From Acidobacteriota bacterium (lineage in GTDB: Bacteria > Acidobacteriota > UBA6911), in the NCBI GenBank assembly GCA_963664705.1, contig OY761556.1, positions 1 to 64,000 on the forward strand: 64,000 nucleotides of DNA, written 5' to 3'. The position numbers were made by a program, and so were the translations under genes. How positions within the stretch are numbered: position 1 is the first letter of the stretch; each line of letters begins with the position of its first letter. Shown here one piece after another: positions 20,192 through 29,215 of this stretch. The notes beneath the pieces were generated by a model that did not search any database, was not told where the DNA came from, and saw nothing but the letters and a program-made list of their open reading frames with translations.

Positions 20192-21340
20192 TTAAACGCC
20201 GTATAGATGATCCAGTTTTTTTAATGCATATGCATACGCGCCGATTGCAATGGCTTCCGAAGTACCAAGTCTCGATATGCCGATACCAATTCGCTGCAAT
20301 GGATCGTATGTGATTCTCTTCATCCCTCCCGGGATAGCAACCTGCCGCGTCTCCCCGCGGACAAATTTATCCGTCTGATCCGGGTCTTCCAAACTAAGCG
20401 CAATTGAAGCCAGACGCCGGAAGGTTTTTCCTTCAGGGTTCACGTAAGAACTGTTGAGCTCCGCCATTAATGCAGGCAAAAAGAGCGGCCATGCGGCTGC
20501 AATCCCGCCGCCGATCACGGCAAGCCCGTCCATCAGGGTCAAGGCGTTGGCCATTGCATCTCCGACAACCTCTCCCAATTGTCGAAACGCCTCAAGGGCA
20601 GCGTCCCGATTGCCGGGCAGCAGGCCTAAGCCTATCTCACATATTTGTTTGGGAGAGGGGGCATCCTCCATCGAAATGCCGGCCTGCAAGGCATAGACGC
20701 GCCGCACAGCACGGATGCTGGCTCCCTCCTCCGCATTCATTTGCGGATGGAGCTTGTTCCGCAGCAGCCACACCTCTCCGGATATGTAATTGTCGCCCTC
20801 AAGCAGATTGCCATCGGCGACAATCCCGCCGCCAAACCCTGTTCCTAAAGTGATCCCGAAAAGATTTTTATATCGTTTCGGGCTGCCCGCATTTGCCAGA
20901 AGCTCGTTGGCGTAAGGAAGGAATCCGGCAATGGCCTCTCCGTAGGTGAAGAGATCGCCGTCATTGTTGATATAGACGGGAACACCGAAAAGGCTTTGCA
21001 GCATCGGTCCCAAAGCCACTCCATTCCTGAAAGCGGGAAGGTTTGGCAGATCGCCGATAATGCCGTTGGGATAATCTGCCGGACCAGGAAAGGCGAAACT
21101 GATGGCAACCGGCATTACGGGGCATTTCTCTTTTACACGGGTGAATCCCTCAACGATGTTGTTCAGGCACTGGTCGAGATCATCCGCGCTGGACGGCATG
21201 GATATGGTTTCGGAGACAGGCTCGCCCCCGCAAATAGCGGAGAAGCGAAAGCTGGTTCCGCCTGCATCGAGCGTTAAGACAATTCGCCGATCGCGCCTAA
21301 TATCCATGGGCACATTCGATCCTTGAACTTGCTGCCGCAC
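20192..21340 (-). CDS. ROK-family sugar kinase (start may be 21307)
   Basis: LDAGGT, FPGPAD, INNDGD, TLGTGFGGG. Confidence 0.9.
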   Translation of the reverse strand: MRQQVQGSNVPMDIRRDRRIVLTLDAGGTSFRFSAICGGEPVSETISMPSSADDLDQCLNNIVEGFTRVKEKCPVMPVAISFAFPGPADYPNGIIGDLPNLPAFRNGVALGPMLQSLFGVPVYINNDGDLFTYGEAIAGFLPYANELLANAGSPKRYKNLFGITLGTGFGGGIVADGNLLEGDNYISGEVWLLRNKLHPQMNAEEGASIRAVRRVYALQAGISMEDAPSPKQICEIGLGLLPGNRDAALEAFRQLGEVVGDAMANALTLMDGLAVIGGGIAAAWPLFLPALMAELNSSYVNPEGKTFRRLASIALSLEDPDQTDKFVRGETRQVAIPGGMKRITYDPLQRIGIGISRLGTSEAIAIGAYAYALKKLDHLYGV

Positions 21341-21355
21341 TTCAAGGATCGCTTT

Positions 21356-22642
21356 CTATGAAACTCGGGCTTCCGCAGTTTTCCTGGGTTCGCGCAGCAG
21401 CCACCAGAGAAATGAAACGCCGATGATATCGAAGAATGCAATGCTGGTAAACAGCGGACCGTAGCCGATATGTTTGGCGACGCGACCGATAATGGCGGTA
21501 AACAGCATTCCTCCCCCAAAAGCCATGGCTCCGGACAGGCCGTTGGCCGTGGCGACAGTCCTTTTGGGGAAGAGATCCGCAGGCAGTGTCATGAGCGTTG
21601 CAGACATGGTCTGGTGTGCAAACGCGCCAATGCAGATAAAAAAGATAGCCCAACCTGCGGTGGAGGCATTGCCGACGAATACCGCAAAAATCATCAAAAG
21701 CGCAGAAACGCTGGCGGCACACTTGCGCGCAGTCATGATGGGCAGCTTCATCCGGTTCATGAAAAATGGAGACAGCATCCCCCCGACGAGTGACCCGAAA
21801 TCCGCCGCAATGAAGGGAACCCAGGTGAAATATCCAATCTGCTTCAGATCAAAATGCCGTTCGGTAACCAGGTAGAGCGGGATCCAGTAGCTGAAAAATT
21901 GCCACGCTGGTTCTGAGAAAAATCGCGCAATCCCGATTGCCCAGAAATTTCTTTGCGGCAGTACGGCTTTCCATACGCCCTTCTGCTCCGGCGATTCCGC
22001 GACTGCAAGATCCTCTTCCCCTTGATGGATGTAATCCAGCTCCTCTTTGGTTATCCATGGGTGTTTTTCCGGAGATCTGTAAAACACCGCCCACAGGAGT
22101 GCCCAGAAGAGGCTAAAGATGCCGGTCGCAACGAAGGCGAATTGCCAGCTATGTTTTAAAATCAGCCAGACGACCAGTGGCGGGGCGATCGCGGCGCCGA
22201 GCCCGGCGCCCACATTAAAAATTCCCGTGGCAATCGTACGTTCCTTGGGACGGAACCACTGGCCGACGGCCTTGATTCCACCGGGGAAATTGCCGGCCTC
22301 CGCCATGCCAAGCATCGAACGGAATACCGCGAAGGAGCGCCATCCGGTGGCGAATGCCGTGATCGACTGAGCCACCGACCAGGTGATGATGGAGATTGCG
22401 AATCCAAGTCTCAAGCCCAGCCAGTCAATAACGCGTCCCATTAAGGGCTGCATGATCAAATAGGCGAATTGAAAGGCCAGGAGTATGTTGGAGAAATCAA
22501 CCGTGTCCATTCCCAGCTTTTCCCGCAGCACAGGCGCAGAAACAGAAAGTGTCGTGCGATCGAGATAATTGATGGTGGTGATTCCCATCAGCAGAATCGC
22601 GATCCACCAGCGCAGTCCCTTAATCTTGAACGGTTTTTGCAT
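21356..22642 (-). CDS. exuT: MFS hexuronate transporter
   Basis: KIKGLRWWI, INYLDR, AEAGNFP, ERTIATG; directly downstream of uxaC. Confidence 0.85.
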   Translation of the reverse strand: MQKPFKIKGLRWWIAILLMGITTINYLDRTTLSVSAPVLREKLGMDTVDFSNILLAFQFAYLIMQPLMGRVIDWLGLRLGFAISIITWSVAQSITAFATGWRSFAVFRSMLGMAEAGNFPGGIKAVGQWFRPKERTIATGIFNVGAGLGAAIAPPLVVWLILKHSWQFAFVATGIFSLFWALLWAVFYRSPEKHPWITKEELDYIHQGEEDLAVAESPEQKGVWKAVLPQRNFWAIGIARFFSEPAWQFFSYWIPLYLVTERHFDLKQIGYFTWVPFIAADFGSLVGGMLSPFFMNRMKLPIMTARKCAASVSALLMIFAVFVGNASTAGWAIFFICIGAFAHQTMSATLMTLPADLFPKRTVATANGLSGAMAFGGGMLFTAIIGRVAKHIGYGPLFTSIAFFDIIGVSFLWWLLREPRKTAEARVS

Positions 22643-22664
22643 GATCTCCGAATCCGGGATTGAG

Positions 22665-24098
22665 TTAGAGTTTATAGGCCTTTCTTGCTAGCCGGTAGGC
22701 CAGGTCTATTGCAGCTTCCTGGGCTTCATCCTCGTCCAGTCGATGCTCCGCTACGAGCCGGGCAAGAAACGCGCAATCCACGCGACGCGCGACATCATGC
22801 CGCGCCGGGATGGATGGAAACGCGCGCGTGTCGTCGTTAAATCCAACCGTATTATAAAAACCCGCCGTTTCAGTGGTCCGTTCACGGAAAAACCGCATTC
22901 CTTCCGGGCTGTCGTAGAACCACCATGCGGGTCCCAGTTTGAGCGCCGGGTAATGCCCAGCCAGCGGCGCCAATTCTCTGGAATATGTCGATTCGTCCAG
23001 CGTAAACAGGATGATCGATAGCCGGCTGTCATTGCCGAACCTGTCGAGCAGCGGCTTCAGGTCGTGAACATAATCGGTGCGTGAGGGAATGTCTGCACCC
23101 TTATCCAGGCCAAATCCGTTGAATATCGAGGGATTGTGATTTCTGAAAGACCCCGGATGGATCTGCATGACCATGCCGTCTTCAATGCTCATTCTGGCCA
23201 TCTCGGTCAGCATCTGACCGCGGAACTCGCGTGCCTCTTCGCGAGTGAGGGTACCGGCGAGCCCTTTTTGCAGCAGCGCTTCACAATTCGCCGGAGAAAG
23301 ATCCCTTGTCATTGCTGAAGAGTGTCCATGATCGGTTGCCGTGGCTCCAAGCGAAGCAAAAAATCGGCGCCGGTTGAATAATGCCTGCAGGTATCCCTGC
23401 CATTTTTCGGTGTTCTCGCCCGTGATCTCCCCGAGTTTGAGCACATTGTTCGCAAATCCGGCGAATTCCGGATCGACAACCGGGTCCGGTCGATAGGTGG
23501 TAATGATACGTCCCTTCCAGCCCGAAGCGCGCAGTTTCTGATGGTGGGGAAGCGAATCCAACGGCGACTCCGTGGTTGACATGACCTCGATATTAAACCG
23601 CTCGTAAAGCGCGCGCGGGAGATACTCGGGCTTTGCAAGGAGTTCCGCGATCTGATCATAAATGCGGTCTGCCGATTCAATCGTCAGCCGTTCGTGGATA
23701 TTGAAAACCTCGTGGAACACGTGACGGAACCACATCTGCGTCGGAGTGCCCCGGAAGAGGTACCAGTGTTGGGCAAACAGACGCCAGATCATTCTTGGGT
23801 CTTTTTCGACGGCACCTCCGTCCAGTCGCGGAATTCCCATGGATTCGAGCGTGACGCCCTGGCTGTACAGCATCCGGTAAACATAATGATCTGGGATTAC
23901 GAGCAACGCCGCGGGATTCGGGAATGGTTGATTATCCGCGAACCACTGCGGATCGGTGTGGCCATGCGGGCTGATGATCGGCAGTGAACGGACTTCGCGA
24001 TAGAGCCGTTTGGCGATGTCTCGCTGCGTGGGATCGGATGAAAACAGGCGGTCATCATGGAGAGTAAGTGCAATGCTCATAAAATTATTCCCTGCCAA
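22665..24098 (-). CDS. uxaC: Glucuronate isomerase
   Basis: IISPHGHTDP, PDHYVYRML, LGPAWWF, FNDDTRAF. Confidence 0.96.
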   Translation of the reverse strand: MAGNNFMSIALTLHDDRLFSSDPTQRDIAKRLYREVRSLPIISPHGHTDPQWFADNQPFPNPAALLVIPDHYVYRMLYSQGVTLESMGIPRLDGGAVEKDPRMIWRLFAQHWYLFRGTPTQMWFRHVFHEVFNIHERLTIESADRIYDQIAELLAKPEYLPRALYERFNIEVMSTTESPLDSLPHHQKLRASGWKGRIITTYRPDPVVDPEFAGFANNVLKLGEITGENTEKWQGYLQALFNRRRFFASLGATATDHGHSSAMTRDLSPANCEALLQKGLAGTLTREEAREFRGQMLTEMARMSIEDGMVMQIHPGSFRNHNPSIFNGFGLDKGADIPSRTDYVHDLKPLLDRFGNDSRLSIILFTLDESTYSRELAPLAGHYPALKLGPAWWFYDSPEGMRFFRERTTETAGFYNTVGFNDDTRAFPSIPARHDVARRVDCAFLARLVAEHRLDEDEAQEAAIDLAYRLARKAYKL

Positions 24099-24109
24099 AT
24101 TAATCCGCT

Positions 24110-24392
24110 GGAAGCGCCGCCGTCCCGACTAATGCCACACACAAGTGTCCCGAAGCCCTTCGGAGTTCGGTGGCTTGCCACCGAACTCCGCGTCTATGAT
24201 TCCCATTCGGGCGCGCCTTCCTGCAATTGCCGTTCTTTCGCCCTTTCAGATCCTATTTTTTCACTATTCCACCAGGGGTTCGCTCCGCTCACCCCGGGGT
24301 TATATTCGGGGCTCAAAAGAGCCCTGAAGGCGCGTAAGATAATAGCCCCCAAAAAAGCAAATGGCATCAGGCGAGACTCCGGCGCTCCCAGG
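24110..24392. repeat. Mosaic REP/BIME-like intergenic repeat cluster
   Basis: Palindrome cggagttcggtggc-tt-gccaccgaactccg (24161-24190). ccaggggttcgctccgctcacccc and its flanks are shared with 33402-33522. Confidence 0.8.
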
Positions 24393-24409
24393 ATGAACTT
24401 TTGCGCTCG

Positions 24410-27400
24410 TCATTTTTCGAGATTGAACCCTTGAACCACGACGGCCGGTTTTTCGCCGCGAGCGTCCGCATCTTCAATTTGAATCTCAATGCTACGCTGC
24501 TCCCCCGGGATAAGCGAAATGAAATTATCGCTAAAAATGGCGGGCAGAATTCTATCGCCACTCTTCTCGCGTACCACCTTCAACTGAACCATTAGAGCCG
24601 GTTGCGCCGATGGATTCTTCAAATCTGTTTTCAAAACCCAGCGAGGTCCCTGGCGTTCAACGCGTGTAGCCGATTTCAGCTTTGCCTTGGGCAACGATTT
24701 GAGGGCCAGATAATTGCCTTCGTCAACGGGGCGCCAGTAGAAGTTATCCGAAACGGGAATGGAGCCGCGCATCAGCTTTAACCGAATAAAGTGAATCGGG
24801 CTTAGGCCAGAAGGAAATTCCAGCGTCATCGGCGTAACCACGCTGTCCTCGCTGCTTTCCAGCTGAACCGATTTTTCCCACTTGAGTTGGCCGTCGCTGT
24901 TCAGGATTTCTGCGCTGGCTGTCAGGTTTGGAGCATTGCCCGCATTATAGTTCACAACCTCGATGGCATCCGTCAGTGGGTTCCATTGTATATGAAGCGG
25001 TTCGGATCCTTTTTTGCTTCCAAAATAACCGGCCGTTGGATCCAGGTAATAATCATAAGTCTGCCAAACGAAGGAAGGCCAGGAGGGATGGCTCATCCAC
25101 AGAAGAATCCCCATCCGGTTTTTGCTCTGGGCTTCAAAGATGGCGCGATACCCATCATAGTTGATGAACTGCGCAAGCGTCACCCAGTCTTCGGCATTTT
25201 CCACTTCTCCGAAGTATTTAGCCATCATCGAAACAAATTCCGAAATGTGCACATTGCTATGTAGATTGAAATCGTGCAGCCCCCAGGTTAATCCTATTGG
25301 CCATCGGGCCGGCGCGGGCATCATCTGATGCAGACTGTCGATCGTAACGATGTTCGGCATTCCGAGTTCACTATGCAGCTGGGGCGTTGCCCGGTTCCGG
25401 AAATAGTATTTTGGCGTCTGAACAGAGTAGGGTCCGCCCCCGCTGACGACGCCCCATGCCGAATTGGAAATGTAGTGAAGCCCGGAGTGTATCTCGGCGA
25501 TTATCTGGCGGAGTCCATCATCAATAGGCTTCGGAGGATCTCCTTCGTTCCGGCCACAGTAAAGCCCGATGGATGGGTGGTTCCGAATGCGCTGCACCAT
25601 GTCCTTTGCATTTCGCAAAAACAGGTCGTTGTCATTCGGTTCCGGACCATCGACAGGGTTTGCCAGCCAGAAATCCTGCCAGATGACAATGCCATACTTG
25701 TCGCAGGCCTCGAAAAACTCCTCGTCTCCCGTCTGTCCGACCCAGTTGCGGATCATCGTGAAATTCATGTCTTTGTGGTAGCGAACTGCGGCGTTGTATT
25801 CACGGGCACGATAGCGCAGATTTGTTTCCGGGAATCCCCAGTTCCCGCCGCGACCGACAAAGCGTCGGCCATTAATCCAGATCCTAAGCGTGCCTCCCTC
25901 TTCGCTATAGGTGAACTGACGGACTCCCGTACGGAATGACCTGGTGTCCGAAGCTTCTCCCGCGATGCTAAATTTGAGCTCGACCGGATACAGGTTTTGA
26001 TCCCCATATCCATTGGGCCACCACAGCTTCGGATTCTTCAAACGCAGTAAAGGTTGTGTCGAGGGGTCCAGCGCGATTGTTTTTGTGGCAGTCGGCTCGA
26101 TTGTCACCGGCTGCTCAAAGGCCAAATCGCCGAATTTGACGTGCAGAATGCCGCTGACAGGCTTTGTCTCAGAATTTCTCAGAACCGCTTCGATCCGCAA
26201 GTCCGCCCGGGAAGTGTCCGGCAGCGGCAGCATTGTTTGCACAAACGGGTCTTCTATTGTTACAGGGCCGCTTGCGGTCAGGTAGACATCATTCCAAAGT
26301 CCCGTATTCCGGCCCCGAACCGGGGGAATCCAGTCCCAGCCAATCGATGCATGATAGGTCGGATTATCCGCTCCCAGTGCGCCGCCGTTTAATCCTGCGG
26401 TGTCCAGCGTCTTTTGTTTCATGCTTCCGGGCGTGGCATTTTTTTCAATGCGTATTGCAATCACGTTTCTGCCTTTTGCCCGGATAAGCCTCGTGACGTC
26501 AAACTTGCCGCGCATGAAGCCGCCTTCGATTCGTCCGAGTTTTTCTCCATTCAGATAGATCTCGGCTTTCCAGTTCACTCCATCGAAGTTGATCCACATC
26601 CTGCGTCCGGCAAAGGATCGCGGCATCACGAACTCGGTTCGATACCAGAAGTCGGAATAGAAAAACGAATCGGAGATCATCAGATGGTTGTCGCCATAGT
26701 TGGGATCCGGAAGAGCGCCAATGTTCCAGTAGCTGGAGAGAATGGTTGCCGGAACTGTTGCGGGAATCCAGTTTGAGTCTTTGAATCCTGGCCTGGAGAG
26801 CGTGGCGCCGTCGGCTTTGACGAGCGAATCACGCTGCAATCGCCAGGCATTATTCGCGAGATCTATCCCGCCCTCCCGGCGAATGGACTCGGATGGTTTC
26901 GCGGGCTTTGCCGTTAGGCCCCCGCGCCCGAAAACCTCCAGTTCGCTCAGGATATACCCTTCCTGTGTGTCCGGCTTTTTTAGCAGAACCCGCACATATC
27001 GTCCCTTTGCTGGGCGGCTCAGCTTTATGTCGTCGGTCATTCCTTTGCCTTGGGGAATGGCCGCCACATCTTTCCAGTCGATAGCATTATCGGACACCTG
27101 GACTGTTCCTTCCGCTGCACGACGAATCCAGTGCAGGGCAATGCGGTCAAAGGTGCTGCCGGCTCCGAGATCAACATAAACCCATTCTTCGGCCTTGCCC
27201 TCCGGCATCCATGCGCTTGTGAAGCTATAGGGCCCGCCCAATTCCACCGGTTGATTCCCATTAAAGAAGTCAGCATCGCTTACATACCAGTTGCCCGGGA
27301 ACGTGGATTTGAGCAGGATACGGTAAAGGCGGCTTCGGGAAGCGGGCGAAAAAGGAACCGTCATCTTTACAAGGGCGGACGTTGGTCCGAACATCGCCGG

Positions 27401-27997
27401 AGGTGGCGGTGGCGGAATCTGGCCGGTCGCCCGTCCAACGTCATGCCACGTTTGGCCATCTTCAGATGCAAGCACAACGCAGGTCCAATCTCCCGGGCTT
27501 GTGGTTGAAGGTTTCGGCTGCGGATTAGTGGTGAAGTAGGTGTCGGGTGCGTTGGCCGCGCGTATTCGGGCCTGCAGGGTTATCCGGTCTATTTGCAGAG
27601 GCATGTCGCCGCCAGCGAGTTCAAATTGCATCCACCCCTCGGGACCTTTCAGATTCACATTGCTGAACCCGTTGTGATCGATCAGCAGTTCACGGTCTAT
27701 TTTGTTGGTTGCCCCGGTGGAGCTCAAACTGGTTACAATCCATCTCGGAAGCGTCGTGTCCTTGATGCCGTCCGTAACAAGCTGTGCTGTCAGGTTGTAA
27801 TCATAGCTGCTGGAATGAAAGGCGGGACGGAGCAGCGCTATATTCCGATAGGTTGTTGCATCAGGAACCACCAGGGGAGCAAAGCTCTCCTCAGGGTTCC
27901 CCGGGTATACTCCGACACCCCTGGAGTATTTCTCGCCTGCAAAGCACGAGGCCGCCAGCGCGGCCGCCAATAGTGTAAAAACTGCATGCCGTCCCAT
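24410..27997 (-). CDS. Secreted GH2 glycosidase (beta-mannosidase / exo-glucosaminidase-like) with F5/8 type C (discoidin) modules
   Basis: Signal peptide; EWVYVDLG...GRYVRV; GWDWIP; LWWPNGYG; RIRNHPSIGLYCGRNE; HSELG. Confidence 0.88.
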   Translation of the reverse strand: MGRHAVFTLLAAALAASCFAGEKYSRGVGVYPGNPEESFAPLVVPDATTYRNIALLRPAFHSSSYDYNLTAQLVTDGIKDTTLPRWIVTSLSSTGATNKIDRELLIDHNGFSNVNLKGPEGWMQFELAGGDMPLQIDRITLQARIRAANAPDTYFTTNPQPKPSTTSPGDWTCVVLASEDGQTWHDVGRATGQIPPPPPPAMFGPTSALVKMTVPFSPASRSRLYRILLKSTFPGNWYVSDADFFNGNQPVELGGPYSFTSAWMPEGKAEEWVYVDLGAGSTFDRIALHWIRRAAEGTVQVSDNAIDWKDVAAIPQGKGMTDDIKLSRPAKGRYVRVLLKKPDTQEGYILSELEVFGRGGLTAKPAKPSESIRREGGIDLANNAWRLQRDSLVKADGATLSRPGFKDSNWIPATVPATILSSYWNIGALPDPNYGDNHLMISDSFFYSDFWYRTEFVMPRSFAGRRMWINFDGVNWKAEIYLNGEKLGRIEGGFMRGKFDVTRLIRAKGRNVIAIRIEKNATPGSMKQKTLDTAGLNGGALGADNPTYHASIGWDWIPPVRGRNTGLWNDVYLTASGPVTIEDPFVQTMLPLPDTSRADLRIEAVLRNSETKPVSGILHVKFGDLAFEQPVTIEPTATKTIALDPSTQPLLRLKNPKLWWPNGYGDQNLYPVELKFSIAGEASDTRSFRTGVRQFTYSEEGGTLRIWINGRRFVGRGGNWGFPETNLRYRAREYNAAVRYHKDMNFTMIRNWVGQTGDEEFFEACDKYGIVIWQDFWLANPVDGPEPNDNDLFLRNAKDMVQRIRNHPSIGLYCGRNEGDPPKPIDDGLRQIIAEIHSGLHYISNSAWGVVSGGGPYSVQTPKYYFRNRATPQLHSELGMPNIVTIDSLHQMMPAPARWPIGLTWGLHDFNLHSNVHISEFVSMMAKYFGEVENAEDWVTLAQFINYDGYRAIFEAQSKNRMGILLWMSHPSWPSFVWQTYDYYLDPTAGYFGSKKGSEPLHIQWNPLTDAIEVVNYNAGNAPNLTASAEILNSDGQLKWEKSVQLESSEDSVVTPMTLEFPSGLSPIHFIRLKLMRGSIPVSDNFYWRPVDEGNYLALKSLPKAKLKSATRVERQGPRWVLKTDLKNPSAQPALMVQLKVVREKSGDRILPAIFSDNFISLIPGEQRSIEIQIEDADARGEKPAVVVQGFNLEK

Positions 27998-28053
27998 GAA
28001 CCTTTTCTCCTTTTCGATGAACCATTCCTGAGCTCCTCGAGTTCTGGAGGTGT

Positions 28054-29118
28054 TCAGGGCTGACCATTTGGTTTTGTTCCGGACTCGCGAAATAACTCCA
28101 GGTTTGCACGCAGGACTATCTCTGGATTTACAAAATTTGTTTTCGAAATTGCCGTTCGGTTCAAGAGCGAATCAGTCAGCACGCGCAGCGCTGTCTGTCC
28201 CTGGGAATAAGGATCCTGGTAGATCGAAGCCCGAATCATACCCGTCTTGACAAAGGGGATCATTTCGGGGAACAGGTCGGTTGTAATTAGCTGCACGCGT
28301 TCCGCAGCCTTTCTGTCGCGCAATCCGCGACATACGGGAAGGCAGTTGACGGTGCTTACATAAATTCCCTGAAGGTCCGGATAGGAGTCGACGAGCTGGC
28401 AGGTTTTCTGGTAGCTTTCGTCTTCGGATTCATGCGCTTCCAGAACGGCCACTATTTTGCCGCCTTTGCATTCCTTGAGAAAACCGGCGCGAAACCCTTG
28501 GCATTTGAGCCGGTGTTCTTCCGTTTCCATCATTCCGGTTACCACCGCGACCTTGGATTTTGGAGGGACAAACTTTGCCAATAGCTCGGCGGCGATCCTT
28601 CCGCTGAGTTCAGGATCAACTCCAACGAAAGCCGTACGATGACTTTGCGGTGCATCGGTGGTCACGCAGATTACGCGGATGCCCCTGTCTTCCGCATGGT
28701 TGATCAGCGGATTTGCCGCCTTGGGATTGCCGGGAGTGACAATAAGTCCGCTTATGCCGCTGGCGAAAAGCGCGGCGATCTGAGCCTCTTCTCCCTTGCC
28801 CAGGGATGGAACCGGTTGATAAACAATTTCGATCCCCATTCCACTGGCGCGTCGTGCCTCATCGAAAATTCCCATCCGGAGCTGGTCGTAGAAAAAGCGA
28901 ATTTCTTCAGGGATGCAGACTCCGATTTTGACACTGGTGCGGCCCACAGACAAAGCCCGTGCGGCAAGATGTGGTGTGTACCGCAGCTGCTTTGCAATGC
29001 GCAGAATTCGTTTTCTCGTGGACTCGCGGATGCCGGGACGGTTGTGCAGGGCTCGGTCGACCGTACCTATCGAGACCTTGGCCCGTTTTGCAATTTCGTG
29101 TATCCCCGCCGGCTTCAT
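28054..29118 (-). CDS. LacI-family transcriptional regulator
   Basis: HTH IHEIAKRAKVSIGTVDRALH followed by a periplasmic-binding-protein-like domain. Confidence 0.93.
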   Translation of the reverse strand: MKPAGIHEIAKRAKVSIGTVDRALHNRPGIRESTRKRILRIAKQLRYTPHLAARALSVGRTSVKIGVCIPEEIRFFYDQLRMGIFDEARRASGMGIEIVYQPVPSLGKGEEAQIAALFASGISGLIVTPGNPKAANPLINHAEDRGIRVICVTTDAPQSHRTAFVGVDPELSGRIAAELLAKFVPPKSKVAVVTGMMETEEHRLKCQGFRAGFLKECKGGKIVAVLEAHESEDESYQKTCQLVDSYPDLQGIYVSTVNCLPVCRGLRDRKAAERVQLITTDLFPEMIPFVKTGMIRASIYQDPYSQGQTALRVLTDSLLNRTAISKTNFVNPEIVLRANLELFRESGTKPNGQP

Positions 29119-29215
29119 AGTTTGTCCAGGATTTTAGGGTCAGGTCCATGTGATCCATGCTGATTTCCCGGCACCCTTTAAAGCACCACGGATCAGCAAT
29201 GATCAGCCCCAGGTC

